The translations under genes were made by a program, and so were the position numbers. The notes beneath the pieces are model-generated. The model was not told where the DNA came from and ran no database searches. It saw nothing but the letters and a program-made list of their open reading frames with translations. 64,000 bases of DNA. Origin: Candidatus Woesearchaeota archaeon. Its GTDB lineage: Archaea > Nanobdellota > Nanobdellia > Pacearchaeales > GW2011-AR1. Location: positions 177,469 through 241,468 of the forward strand of contig CAZTFL010000001.1 of the NCBI GenBank assembly GCA_964612895.1, read 5' to 3'. Below, in pieces: positions 50,697-61,422 of the stretch; the stretch's first letter is position 1, and every line of letters starts with the position of its first letter.

Positions 50697-52100
50697 ATGT
50701 ATGGAGAAATATTTTTATTTAATACTTTAGGAAGAAGTATAGAAGTTTTTAAACCAATAAGAGAAGGTCATGTTGGAATATATACATGTGGACCAACTGT
50801 TTATGGAAGAGCTCATATAGGAAATTTAAAAGCATATATATTTGCAGATACGCTTCGAAGAATGTTTGAATACGCAAATTATGAAGTAAAACATGTTATG
50901 AATATAACAGATGTAGGACATTTAACAAGTGATTCTGACGAAGGAGAAGATAAATTACAAAAAGCAGCAAGAGAATCGAAACAAACTGCTTGGGAAATTT
51001 CTAAGAAATGGACAGAACAATTCTTTAAAGATACTAAAGAATTAAATATTAAAATTCCAAATATAGTTTGTAAAGCTACAGAGTATATCAAAGAACAAAT
51101 AGAATTAGTGAAAATACTAGAAGGAAAAGGATTCACATATAAAACTAGCGACGGAATTTATTTTGATACTTCAAAATTCCAAAAATATGGTAATTTTGCT
51201 AAATTAAACTTAGATGGATTACAAGCTGGAAAAAGAATTGATTTTGGAGAAAAAAAAAATAAAACAGATTTTGCATTATGGAAATTTTCAAATTCTGGTG
51301 AAAAGAGAGATATGGAATGGGATTCTCCGTGGGGAATTGGATTCCCTGGTTGGCATATAGAATGTTCTGCTATGTCTATGAAACATTTAGAAAATCATTT
51401 TGATATTCATACAGGAGGAATTGATCATATTCCAATACATCATACAAATGAAATTGCTCAATCAGAATGTGCAACAGGAGAAAAATTTGTAAATTATTGG
51501 ATGCATTCGGAATTTTTAGTAATGAATGAAAATAAAATGAGTAAATCTTTGGGGAATGTATTAACACTAGATACCCTAAAAGAACAAAATATTAATCCTT
51601 TAGATTATAGATATTTCTGTTTAAACACACATTATAGAAAAAATTTGAATTTTAATCAAGAAGCACTATACGCTGCAAAAACCGCTTATGAGAATTTAAT
51701 AAAGAAATATAATGAATACAAAAAATCTAGTAAAGAAAATAATCCATCTGAAAAATCAAAATCATATTTAAAGGAATTCAAAGACGCTATTTTTAACGAT
51801 TTAAATACACCTAAATGTCTTGGAATAATTTGGAGCTTAATAAAAGACAATGATATATCTGATAATGAAAAATATTTCTTATTAAAAGATTTTGATCAAG
51901 TATTAGGTTTAAATTTAGAAAATTCTGAAGTAAGACAAAAAATTGTACCTGAAGAAATTATCAATATAGCAAATGAAAGATTAAAAGTAAGAAAAAATAA
52001 AGACTGGAAAAAATCAGATGAACTAAGAGACAAAATAAAATATATGGGATATGATATAAAAGATTCAAAAGATGGATACGAATTAGAGTTAATTAATTAA
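50697..52100 (+). CDS. cysS: Cysteine--tRNA ligase
   Basis: CGPTVY, HIGN, DFALWK, PGWHIECS, KMSKS. Confidence 0.97.
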   Translation: MYGEIFLFNTLGRSIEVFKPIREGHVGIYTCGPTVYGRAHIGNLKAYIFADTLRRMFEYANYEVKHVMNITDVGHLTSDSDEGEDKLQKAARESKQTAWEISKKWTEQFFKDTKELNIKIPNIVCKATEYIKEQIELVKILEGKGFTYKTSDGIYFDTSKFQKYGNFAKLNLDGLQAGKRIDFGEKKNKTDFALWKFSNSGEKRDMEWDSPWGIGFPGWHIECSAMSMKHLENHFDIHTGGIDHIPIHHTNEIAQSECATGEKFVNYWMHSEFLVMNENKMSKSLGNVLTLDTLKEQNINPLDYRYFCLNTHYRKNLNFNQEALYAAKTAYENLIKKYNEYKKSSKENNPSEKSKSYLKEFKDAIFNDLNTPKCLGIIWSLIKDNDISDNEKYFLLKDFDQVLGLNLENSEVRQKIVPEEIINIANERLKVRKNKDWKKSDELRDKIKYMGYDIKDSKDGYELELIN

Positions 52101-52730
52101 TTCTTTAATTTTATTAATTATTTCTTTTGTTACAAATTCCACATCTTGATTTCCATTTATTATTATGATATTTCTACCTCTTTCTCTTAGAAATTCTGCA
52201 ACTTTTTTATACCAAATTTCTGCTTCTTTTAGAAATTCTAGTGTTTCATAACATTCAATCTTTTCTTTTCTATTACTTATTCTTTTATAAGCAATTTCTG
52301 CTGGGACATCAATTATTAAAGTAATATCAGGTGTTATAGAACCTTTTTCTTCATGAAATTTATGCATTTCATATAATTTTTGTAAATCTTCTCCTTGAGA
52401 ACCTTGATACGCAAAAGTTGACATATCAAATCTAGAACAAAGTACGTGAGAATGTTTTAATATATTTCTTATAGTTTCTGAATGTTCTATCCTGTCTTTA
52501 ATAAATAAAGATGATGATTTTTCTGGAGAAACATTACCTTTTCTTATTAAGTCTGAAATTAATTTACCAGATTCTGTAATTTTTGTAGGTTCCCTTGTTA
52601 ACCAAACATTTGCATATTTATTTCCAATAAAACCATTGTCATCATCTTTTATTGCTTCACTTATTCTAAAAAGTTGAGTATCTTTTCCACTTCCATCTAT
52701 TCCTTCAAATGTAATAAAATAATTTTTCAT
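52089..52730 (-). CDS. tmk: Thymidylate kinase
   Basis: FITFEGIDGSGK, TREP, DR.EH, AYQG, PDIT. Confidence 0.9.
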   Translation of the reverse strand: MKNYFITFEGIDGSGKDTQLFRISEAIKDDDNGFIGNKYANVWLTREPTKITESGKLISDLIRKGNVSPEKSSSLFIKDRIEHSETIRNILKHSHVLCSRFDMSTFAYQGSQGEDLQKLYEMHKFHEEKGSITPDITLIIDVPAEIAYKRISNRKEKIECYETLEFLKEAEIWYKKVAEFLRERGRNIIIINGNQDVEFVTKEIINKIKELIN

Positions 52731-52773
52731 GATAAAATAAAATTATTCCTTTTTTTAAATATTTATATAAATT

Positions 52774-53601
52774 CTAATTAAGTTTTATATTTCCATTCTG
52801 CCAATCTCTTAAAACATATCTTGCAACCATATCTGTATTTACTAATCCACCTTTTTTTAACATTCCAAGCCTTTTTCCTAAACTTTCCAAAAACAAATCG
52901 GCATCTTCATCATAATCAATTTCATAGTGATTTGTAATTTTATCTTTATAGTCATCAACTAATTTTTGAACAGAAATTTCTGGATTTTTTACTTTATTAA
53001 AACTTTTTGAACCTAATTTTACTTGACTAGATATTTTATCTTTATCGCTCATCGAATATTCTTTATCAGAAATAACTCCAGGAGTATCTAATATAAATAT
53101 ATTGTTTGTTAATTTTACTTTTTGCAATCCTTTTGTGAAACCAGCTTCATTCCCTACACCACTAGCGGGCCTTCCTACTAAAAAATTAATCAAAGAACTT
53201 TTCCCAGTATTAGGATACCCAATTATTCCCACAAAATATTTCTCTTTATAATCCATTTTTTTTATCATTCTCTTTATTTGATCTCTTAAATTAACACTTC
53301 CCATTCTTCTTGTACAAGAAATTAAAGAATAAGGTTTTAGTTTTATTTTATCTAATTGAGCTTTTTTAACTAAATCTATTTTATTTATAACATAAATTAT
53401 TTTTTTATTTAGTAATTTAATTTTCTTCTCAATATCCTTATTTCTTGTATCATCAATAAATCTTGCATCTAATATTTCTAATAATATATCACTTTTTGCA
53501 ATTACTTCCTCAACTACTTCAGGATATTTTTTTCTTTGTTTTCTAATATTTTCTATATGGCCAGTATGTCTTGAACCAAAAGAAAATCTTACTCTTACCA
53601 T
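52774..53601 (-). CDS. Circularly permuted GTPase (RbgA/YlqF family)
   Basis: DAR and NKID before GYPNTGKSS; DTPG. Confidence 0.9.
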   Translation of the reverse strand: MVRVRFSFGSRHTGHIENIRKQRKKYPEVVEEVIAKSDILLEILDARFIDDTRNKDIEKKIKLLNKKIIYVINKIDLVKKAQLDKIKLKPYSLISCTRRMGSVNLRDQIKRMIKKMDYKEKYFVGIIGYPNTGKSSLINFLVGRPASGVGNEAGFTKGLQKVKLTNNIFILDTPGVISDKEYSMSDKDKISSQVKLGSKSFNKVKNPEISVQKLVDDYKDKITNHYEIDYDEDADLFLESLGKRLGMLKKGGLVNTDMVARYVLRDWQNGNIKLN

Positions 53602-53645
53602 ATATTAAATTACTAAACTTAGATTTTAAATCTGTCTGTAGTTGT

Positions 53646-54377
53646 TTAGGGCCATAGAGACATCAATAAACCTTCAATAATGGCTGCAAATAATAACAAA
53701 GGAATAACAATCAAAAAGAACATTATAATCGATCTAGACATGTATTGTTTTATTACTTTATTTTTTATACATCTAAATAAAACGAATATCATGGAAATAA
53801 AAACAATTAAAGAATATAAAGTAGACACAAATTTATTTATATTAAGAAAAGTAATAAATTGAATTGGAATCATAATAAAAGAAATAATCCCAATAATCAA
53901 AAATCGTTTGTTTTTATCTTTAACATTTAATTCTTTTTCAATAAATTTATTTGCTAAAAAAATTCCTAAACCTATCGATATAAAAATTGCTGTTAACTCA
54001 AAAATACCATGAGGTAACAATCTTAATAGAACAGATAACCCTTCAATGTTAGTAGCTTCTCTACCAACAAATCCAGAAATATACCCATTAAAAAGAGAAC
54101 TAAAAATACTAATATAACCAAAACAAATACCTATAAATATTGAAAAAAAGCTTGCTTGGCCATTATTGAAAAATATTTTATATATTGTCTGAAATGTATT
54201 CAATCCTTGAAATTGTAGAGCCATTGATTTTAATAGTTCTTTTATTTGTACTGGAAATATTTGTATTGAAAATCCAAATACAAAAAATATACAAAATAAC
54301 AAAAAAGAAAAAACAATAAACCATTTAGCTTCTTTAATTAATTCAAAACTTTGTTTATAATATTTTTTTAATTCCAT
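53646..54377 (-). CDS. SpoIIM (DUF95) family membrane protein
   Basis: IFFNN, FNG, LLPHGIFEL, AAIIE. ORF track start 54401. Confidence 0.85.
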   Translation of the reverse strand: MELKKYYKQSFELIKEAKWFIVFSFLLFCIFFVFGFSIQIFPVQIKELLKSMALQFQGLNTFQTIYKIFFNNGQASFFSIFIGICFGYISIFSSLFNGYISGFVGREATNIEGLSVLLRLLPHGIFELTAIFISIGLGIFLANKFIEKELNVKDKNKRFLIIGIISFIMIPIQFITFLNINKFVSTLYSLIVFISMIFVLFRCIKNKVIKQYMSRSIIMFFLIVIPLLLFAAIIEGLLMSLWP

Positions 54378-54378
54378 A

Positions 54379-55206
54379 TTAATTTGTAAACTTCTTTTCA
54401 ATCATTTTAGTTTTTTTTGGATATTTCTTTTTTAATACTAATGCAAATATTATACCAAAAATTAATCCACCAAGATGCGCCATATTTCCTATTGGTAAGT
54501 TTATAAAAATTCCAATTATAATTAATGGTAGAATAGATATTATTGGCAACATCCACATCTTTAATTCTACTGGTAATGTTATTTTCTTAAAATTACCAGA
54601 GAAATTTAACATTGATATAACTGCTATAAAAAAATATATAGAAATTAAAATATTTAAAAAATTAAGTATTATAGATTCTTCGGGGAGTATACCTATTAAA
54701 ACATATTCTAAAATTATTGCAATAATAGGTCCCATTATCATATAAACTTTTGTTTTAGGTGTAAGAATTGCAAGAACTCCTACGAATCCAAATAAAGCCC
54801 CAGATGCCCCAACCCCATAAACAATAGAATCTCCAAATATTTTTATAAAAAAACCATTTCCTAAAAAAAATGATACTAAAACCCAAAATATACCAGCAAA
54901 AAGACCTGAAACTAAATATAAAAATAAAACTCTTTTTCCACCAATTATTTTTTCAACAAAATTTCCAATAAAATAAAAAGAAATCATATTTACAACTAAA
55001 TGCCAAAAAGAAATATGAATAAACATACTTGTCAGCAAAGTCCAAAGATAATTGCCAGAAATGATAGACGCTGGTTGTAAAGCTACATATTTTATAAGAT
55101 CATTCTTGAAAATGAATAGAAATATGCTATTTATTATAAATATTATAACATTTATTAAAATCAATTTATTAGTAATACTCTGTAAAAAATTTTTTGGTGA
55201 TAACAT
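54379..55206 (-). CDS. Rhomboid intramembrane serine protease
   Basis: W.LLTSMF.H...HL..NM, GASG, AHLGG. Confidence 0.92.
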   Translation of the reverse strand: MLSPKNFLQSITNKLILINVIIFIINSIFLFIFKNDLIKYVALQPASIISGNYLWTLLTSMFIHISFWHLVVNMISFYFIGNFVEKIIGGKRVLFLYLVSGLFAGIFWVLVSFFLGNGFFIKIFGDSIVYGVGASGALFGFVGVLAILTPKTKVYMIMGPIIAIILEYVLIGILPEESIILNFLNILISIYFFIAVISMLNFSGNFKKITLPVELKMWMLPIISILPLIIIGIFINLPIGNMAHLGGLIFGIIFALVLKKKYPKKTKMIEKKFTN

Positions 55207-55226
55207 TATAATATTAAAATATAAAA

Positions 55227-56012
55227 TTATTTCTTTTTATTAATAACTTTTTTTGGTTGTTTTTTGACTTCTTTAGATGTTTTTTTATTATCTACTTTCT
55301 TCAAAATCAATTTAGTTTTAACCTTTTTTAAAACAGGCTTTTTATTAACTTTATCTTCTGAAAGTTTTTTTGAAATTTCCTTAGTTTCTGAAGTTTTTTT
55401 TGCTCTGATTTCTCTATTTCTAAGTTTCTCTTCTGCTTTATCATCAGCTATTTTTTTATTTTGTTTTTCAATTTTCTTTTTTTGTTTTTGTCGTAAAGAA
55501 GTTAATTCTACATTTATTTCAGTAATTTCATTATTAATTCTTGTTATTTTAGATTTAATATCTCTTACAAATGGACTATTATCTGATAATTGATAAATTT
55601 CAGCACATTCTTCGCAACTAAAACCATTTTCTAAAGCAATATCTTCTTCAACCTCTATATGACAATAAGGACAAGTATAATATCTCTTCGTTTCTCTAAA
55701 TTTAAGTTGTTCCTCTAAGTCAGAAATTTTTTTTCTTAGATGATTTTCAATTAAAGCTAAAGATTTTTCATTACTTAGAGTCCAATAATAAATATACCAA
55801 CCCTTTTTTTTATCTTTTTTTCTTATAAAAGAAACTAAACCTAAATTAGATAATTTATATAATATATTTCTAACTTGATTAATTGTTAATTCCATTTTTT
55901 TAGCAATTAAAAACTCATTAACATCTTTTTTATTAAATAAAGTATCAACTATTCTCCCATTGTTTTCACCAGCAATTTCCTCAATTAAATTAAAAAGAAG
56001 TTTTTCTTGCAT
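55227..56012 (-). CDS. tfe: Transcription factor E (TFE alpha) with Lys-rich tail
   Basis: IN.VR.ILYKL, GWY.YYW, CPYC..CEEC. Confidence 0.9.
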   Translation of the reverse strand: MQEKLLFNLIEEIAGENNGRIVDTLFNKKDVNEFLIAKKMELTINQVRNILYKLSNLGLVSFIRKKDKKKGWYIYYWTLSNEKSLALIENHLRKKISDLEEQLKFRETKRYYTCPYCHIEVEEDIALENGFSCEECAEIYQLSDNSPFVRDIKSKITRINNEITEINVELTSLRQKQKKKIEKQNKKIADDKAEEKLRNREIRAKKTSETKEISKKLSEDKVNKKPVLKKVKTKLILKKVDNKKTSKEVKKQPKKVINKKK

Positions 56013-56117
56013 ATAATTAATAATAAAACATTTCTTTTTAAATTTTTGCGAAGATATTGTGTAGTCATTGTATAATTAATCCAAACCTATAAAAATGAAT
56101 ATTGATATTTTTAATTT

Positions 56118-56639
56118 ATGGCTTTGTTTAAACACAAGGAAAATATTCCAGAGTTACCGGTTGCTTTAAGTTTACCTTCTATAAATAAAAATATAACAAG
56201 TAGGGACATTAATGAATTACCAACATTCCCTCGATCTACAAATTCTCAAAATGATAACTTTAATCAAGATTTGGTAAAGTCTGCTGTAACAGATACATCT
56301 GAAAATTCTTATGAAAATGAAGATGAAACCCAAAGTACAAAAATTCCTACAATGCCTCTTTTTGATGAAAATCGTGGCAAAATAATGGACGCAGATCAAC
56401 AAATGTCGTCAATGATTCCACAAAAACAAACTATATATATAAAAGTCGAAAAGTTTAACGCATTACAAGAAGCGCTTTCTGAAATTCAAGAACAAATAAA
56501 AAGTTTGACTAAACAAGTTGAATTATTAAAAGATGTAAAAATAAAACAAGTTCAAGAGATTAATGAGTGGGATAATGAAATGAAAAAAATTAATCAAAGA
56601 TTATCAAGAATAGATTCTGACATATTCGGAGAAGTTTAA
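56118..56639 (+). CDS. Hypothetical protein (disordered N-terminus, coiled-coil C-terminus)
   Basis: Pro/Ser-rich N-half; IYIKVEKF then heptad repeats. Confidence 0.65.
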   Translation: MALFKHKENIPELPVALSLPSINKNITSRDINELPTFPRSTNSQNDNFNQDLVKSAVTDTSENSYENEDETQSTKIPTMPLFDENRGKIMDADQQMSSMIPQKQTIYIKVEKFNALQEALSEIQEQIKSLTKQVELLKDVKIKQVQEINEWDNEMKKINQRLSRIDSDIFGEV

Positions 56640-57035
56640 ATGGTTGCGAAAAAAAAGCAAAATCAAGTGAATATAACTAATCCAATTTTCTATAATTTAG
56701 ATGTTAATATGTATAAAAACTCGAGAATGAATTTATTGTCTGCAAAAACAAATCTATTAGTATCCAGAAATTATGCAGTTAGATTCTTAGATTATTATCA
56801 GAAAGAAGAAAATATAAAAAATGAAATAAAAAAAACACTAAACAGAATGACTCTGATTTTAAAAAAAATGAAATCTGAACTGCCAACTGTGTCTCCTCCA
56901 AAGAATCAAAATTTAAAAAAGAAAAGTACTCCAAGAGCAATAACTGTTTCTAATGATAACTCTGATATTAGAAATGAAATTGATTACGAATTAGATTCTA
57001 TAAATCAAAAATTAAAAGAACTAGCTGGATTATAA
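56640..57035 (+). CDS. Hypothetical coiled-coil protein
   Basis: Abuts the upstream gene; C-terminal ID.ELD.I..KL. Confidence 0.6.
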   Translation: MVAKKKQNQVNITNPIFYNLDVNMYKNSRMNLLSAKTNLLVSRNYAVRFLDYYQKEENIKNEIKKTLNRMTLILKKMKSELPTVSPPKNQNLKKKSTPRAITVSNDNSDIRNEIDYELDSINQKLKELAGL

Positions 57036-57086
57036 TATTTTATTTTTTTAAGTTAAGTTTATATATTTAATAATATAGTTTTGATT

Positions 57087-57611
57087 ATGAGTGAGATTTG
57101 CTATTCAGATAATTGTATAAGTTTTAAAGTTAATTCTTATGATGATTTATTTTCTAAATTTGATCCAAGAGATTTTTTAAAAAGATCTATATCGGAAGAT
57201 TTTATTGAAGAATGTGAAAAAGTTGCAAAAGAAAAAGGAGCTAATGTAGAGTTAAATTTATTCTTAAAAAAGAATAAAAGGAATCTAAATAGCGAAGAGA
57301 AAATAAAAAACAGATTAAAAGAACATTTTAAGCATCACGCAAATATTCATGCTAATGAAATAAAAAATATAAAAAAGAAAGGTATAAAATGGTTTATCAT
57401 TGGAACTATATTTATGTTATTTTCAACGTATATAGGAACATACTCCGGATTTTTATTTAGAATATTAGAGACAACACTTATACCAGCTGGATGGTTTTCT
57501 TTTTGGGAAGGACTTGGAAAAATATTTATTGATGCAAACTACAAAGAAACAAATATAGAATTCAATGAGAAAATGAGCCTAGCAAAAATATCTTTTTTTA
57601 ATCTAAAATAG
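57087..57611 (+). CDS. Hypothetical 2-TM membrane protein
   Basis: YDDLFS.FDPR N-domain, two TM helices, GWFSFWEG. Confidence 0.65.
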   Translation: MSEICYSDNCISFKVNSYDDLFSKFDPRDFLKRSISEDFIEECEKVAKEKGANVELNLFLKKNKRNLNSEEKIKNRLKEHFKHHANIHANEIKNIKKKGIKWFIIGTIFMLFSTYIGTYSGFLFRILETTLIPAGWFSFWEGLGKIFIDANYKETNIEFNEKMSLAKISFFNLK

Positions 57612-57615
57612 AATA

Positions 57616-58992
57616 TTAAATTAGAAGTTTTTCCATATATATCTTTTCTTTATCTATTTTATAACCTAATTTCTTATAATATTCACGGACTCCAACGCCA
57701 GAAATAATTTTTATCTTTTTATATCCTTTATTAATAGCAATTTTTTCAGCCTCTAATATCAATTTCTTCCCTAATCCTCGATGTTGCCATTTTTCTAATA
57801 CATTTTCACCAAGAAAAGAAGCTGGCCCATAAACATGTAATTCTCTTATCATAGCAATTTTTTCTTTGTTTTTTTCTAATCTTAATCTTAACAATCCAAA
57901 TAATAAATCATCTTTATTAACAATCTCTAAAAAATATTCCCACCCATTACTTGCTTTATATCTAGTTTTATTAAAAAATAACTGTTCATTTAATTTACGA
58001 TTATCTCTCAGTGCAAAACCTATTTCTCTAAATCTTATTTCTTCAATTTTTATTCCTTTTTTTCTAATATCTTCTTCTATATCTTTTCTTAAGTCAATAT
58101 TAACAATACCTGCAGTTAAATATGCTTGAGGAATTTCTCTCATAATTCTCATAATTCTACAATATCTCGGAGTTAATTCAATCATTTTTTTTATTATTTT
58201 AATAGCAATTTCTTTTGAATACGGAACATACTCACCGCCCCAATACAATTCTTCTAGTTTTGAACCCTTCATTACCTGACAAGGATATATTTTTATTTGA
58301 TCGGGTTTGTACATATGATTCTTGAAGATTTCTTTAAACATCTCAATATCCTTTTTGGGATTACTTCCGGGAATTCCAGGCATTATATGATAACCTATTT
58401 TAAATCCGGCTTTCTTTAACCTTTTTGTTGCGTTTATAACGTCATTTACTGAATGCCCTCTATTAACTTTCCTATAAATATTATCATCTATTGCTTGAAC
58501 TCCTAATTCAACTCTGGTCCCTCCATACTCTAACATTTCTTTTATATCTTTATCTGAACAAATATCTGGCCTAGTTTCAAAACAAATAGCTATACATCTA
58601 AAACTTGATTTCTCATTTATTTTTTTTGCTTCATTTAATGTTTTGGATTTTTTTTCATTTAATGCATCATAACATCCTTTAACAAAATTATAACGAAAAT
58701 CTTTTGGATAAGATAAAAAAGTACCGCCCATTATAATTAATTCAATTTTGTCTGTCGGATGCCTCATACTCTTCAACATTTTTATTCTTGCTTTAACTTG
58801 TTTATAAGAATCATAATCATTAGCTTTCGCTCTTAAAACAGCAGGACTTTCTGGAGTATAACTTTGAGGAGCATTTAATGTTGGACAAAAAAGACAGGAT
58901 CCATGAGGACATGCTCTAGGTGGAACCATAACTGCAACAGGAGCAACTCCAGAAATAGTTCTAGTTGGCTTCTTTATCTCTTTTTTTTTCAT
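57616..58992 (-). CDS. elp3: Elp3 tRNA U34 carboxymethyltransferase (radical SAM plus GNAT)
   Basis: RTISGVAPVAVM, CPHGSCLFCP, ETRPD, RELHVYG, QHRGLG, ISGVGVREYY. Confidence 0.95.
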   Translation of the reverse strand: MKKKEIKKPTRTISGVAPVAVMVPPRACPHGSCLFCPTLNAPQSYTPESPAVLRAKANDYDSYKQVKARIKMLKSMRHPTDKIELIIMGGTFLSYPKDFRYNFVKGCYDALNEKKSKTLNEAKKINEKSSFRCIAICFETRPDICSDKDIKEMLEYGGTRVELGVQAIDDNIYRKVNRGHSVNDVINATKRLKKAGFKIGYHIMPGIPGSNPKKDIEMFKEIFKNHMYKPDQIKIYPCQVMKGSKLEELYWGGEYVPYSKEIAIKIIKKMIELTPRYCRIMRIMREIPQAYLTAGIVNIDLRKDIEEDIRKKGIKIEEIRFREIGFALRDNRKLNEQLFFNKTRYKASNGWEYFLEIVNKDDLLFGLLRLRLEKNKEKIAMIRELHVYGPASFLGENVLEKWQHRGLGKKLILEAEKIAINKGYKKIKIISGVGVREYYKKLGYKIDKEKIYMEKLLI

Positions 58993-59022
58993 ATATAAAA
59001 ATAAACAAATAAAGCTTTTAAA

Positions 59023-61386
59023 TTATTCTAATTTCTTTAATTTATACAATAATATTGATATTAATATCACTATAAAAGAAAATAATAATGTAATTAAATA
59101 AAAAGATTTATTCTTTCCGATTACTGCACCTAATCCTAATCCTGTTCTTAATTCATCTTTTGAATTTATTTCTAACACTTTTCTGGATTCATTAGATATA
59201 CCAATACATTCTTTTAATTCAATAGGTCTTTGTGATTTTGATAAATAACATTTATTTTCTAAAAAACAATATCTTGTTTGATTACCATTAATACACTCAG
59301 ACCATTCCGAACAATTCCACATTTCTTTACATGTTGTTCCACCACTAGAAGAACCGCCATAATTAGATGATTTTGGTTTTGAAGTTTCTAAATATGTTAA
59401 AAACTCTGTGAAATGTTTTGTCCAAATTATTATATCATTACCATCATCAAAGAAACACTCTCCATTGACTGCTAAATTTGAATCTGCCCAATTTTGAGAA
59501 TTAACAGAACATAATGTTGATATTTCATTAAAAACACCATCATTTAAAAGGTATGCGACTTTTTTCCCAGATTCACCTGGAAACGTTAATTTAACAGCTT
59601 CTGAAAATAAAAGGCTTCCACCTTCAAACCCAACTTTAATTGCGATACCTTGAGTTCTTGTTTTTCCTTCAATAGAAGGTATACTTACAATTGTAACGAT
59701 TGGTGTAGATATTGTACCATCCCAAGATGTATTAGTACTTTGTATTTTTGTAGCAGGAATATTTACAATAACATTGTTAGCATTGGATGCATTGATTGAT
59801 ATACTCGGAATTTCTCCACTACCATTAGAGAGATTTATCAATGAACTTAAATTGATTTTTGCGTTTTCAATATTTGGTTCTATTTCTATATAAAAACTTT
59901 TATTAGATGAATTTATTAAATAAGTACTATTTATTTCTTCTAATTTATTACTATATTTTGCTGTTACGTTTAAATCTGAAGTAATATTTATTAAAGACGG
60001 AACCCATTCTACAAAAAAATAATTTTCTCTCAATGGATCATCAAAAGATGCATTAGATAAATATTCAACTAATTGTGTTCCTAAAAATGTTCCATTATAA
60101 TCGTAAAAAGACACAAGATATTTATTAATATTATATTGTGCCATTATTGTTGTATTTTTTGAAATATTATCAAATGTTGAGTTCCAACCAATAAAAGTAT
60201 ATCCTATTCTGTTTGGAAGTTCTAATGGCATTGCAGAATTTTCGCCATATAAAACAAATTGTTCTTCAAATAAACTTCCATCATAATCAATAAATTTTAC
60301 ATTATAAATATTTTTTTGGTATACTGCAGAAACTATAATATCATTAATTATATTATCTAAAGAAGAATTCCATCCAACAAAAGTATACCCTTGTCTAAAA
60401 GGAATAAAATTATAATCACCATGAGAATTGTATTTAACATCTTCAATTCTAATTATACTTTCATCCCAATCTTTGTATATTATTTTATTACATTTATCAA
60501 CATTCCCATTAAAAACGCAATAATTAAATGAAGAATCAAAATTTTGAACCACTCCATCTATAAAATGGAATTTATATGTTCTACTAAAATTAATTCCCTT
60601 TTTTGTTTTTCCTATCATTTGGAAATCATAAATATTATTCAAAAAAATATTATACTTTTTAGAAATCGCGCCAATTACACTACTTACTCCAGCCCAATTT
60701 AATGCTAAACCTATAGATTCTTCTTCAATCTCCGATTCTGTTTTTCTTATTCCATTTTCATTATAAACATCTATTTTATTATTTCCTGAAATTATTTCAT
60801 AAGAAGCATTAGATAATATAACATTCATCATACCAGTCTTTAATCCTAATCCTGATGTTCCTGATGCTAAACTTTGGCCTTGTAATTGTTTTGATAATAA
60901 CAAATATAATGTATCTTTTTCTTTATCAAAATAAACTCTTAATCTATTACCACCTCCCGTCTTTGATTGTTCGTTTATTGTAATTTCTAATCCTTTTTTT
61001 GTAGTTAAGGTTTCTTTCCTGTTTGAAAAAGACAAATCAAAATCTATAAATGCTTGAATTATATCAATATTCATTTTTAAATCATTTATTGAAGATACTA
61101 TTTCATCAATTTCTTGTTCATTTATATTTTCTTTGTTTTTAAATTGATTATATATATTTAATAAATTATTTCTTGATAAAATAAAAGAATTCCATGCATC
61201 TTCCCATTCTTGTATATTATATGAATAATATGGACGCTTTATATTATTTGACAATGTTAAATATGATTCTATTTCTGATATATATGAACTTACATCTTGA
61301 GCAATCATAAAATAACTTAAATTTGTCAATAAGAAAACAACAATAATTATTTTCAATAAGAAAAATATACTATATTCTTTTAACAT
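59023..61386 (-). CDS. Surface protein with three InlB B-repeat (Listeria-Bacteroides) units, shared module and TM anchor
   Basis: Signal peptide; 3x V.F.DYDG..P.R.GYTF.GW..D..V.A.Y; C..W.CSEWSEC.NG; GLGLGAVIG then TM. Confidence 0.8.
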   Translation of the reverse strand: MLKEYSIFFLLKIIIVVFLLTNLSYFMIAQDVSSYISEIESYLTLSNNIKRPYYSYNIQEWEDAWNSFILSRNNLLNIYNQFKNKENINEQEIDEIVSSINDLKMNIDIIQAFIDFDLSFSNRKETLTTKKGLEITINEQSKTGGGNRLRVYFDKEKDTLYLLLSKQLQGQSLASGTSGLGLKTGMMNVILSNASYEIISGNNKIDVYNENGIRKTESEIEEESIGLALNWAGVSSVIGAISKKYNIFLNNIYDFQMIGKTKKGINFSRTYKFHFIDGVVQNFDSSFNYCVFNGNVDKCNKIIYKDWDESIIRIEDVKYNSHGDYNFIPFRQGYTFVGWNSSLDNIINDIIVSAVYQKNIYNVKFIDYDGSLFEEQFVLYGENSAMPLELPNRIGYTFIGWNSTFDNISKNTTIMAQYNINKYLVSFYDYNGTFLGTQLVEYLSNASFDDPLRENYFFVEWVPSLINITSDLNVTAKYSNKLEEINSTYLINSSNKSFYIEIEPNIENAKINLSSLINLSNGSGEIPSISINASNANNVIVNIPATKIQSTNTSWDGTISTPIVTIVSIPSIEGKTRTQGIAIKVGFEGGSLLFSEAVKLTFPGESGKKVAYLLNDGVFNEISTLCSVNSQNWADSNLAVNGECFFDDGNDIIIWTKHFTEFLTYLETSKPKSSNYGGSSSGGTTCKEMWNCSEWSECINGNQTRYCFLENKCYLSKSQRPIELKECIGISNESRKVLEINSKDELRTGLGLGAVIGKNKSFYLITLLFSFIVILISILLYKLKKLE
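59358..59862. repeat. 505-bp direct repeat, copy 1
   Basis: Appears identical to 61860..62364 (offset 2502). Confidence 0.95.
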
Positions 61387-61422
61387 ATAACTATACTACT
61401 AATTAGTGATATATAAATATTA

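Noticed and set aside
53646..54377. Sporulation function implied by SpoIIM (and SleB) names
   Set aside because: SpoIIM/DUF95 is widespread in non-sporulating archaea, and no sporulation genes are present.
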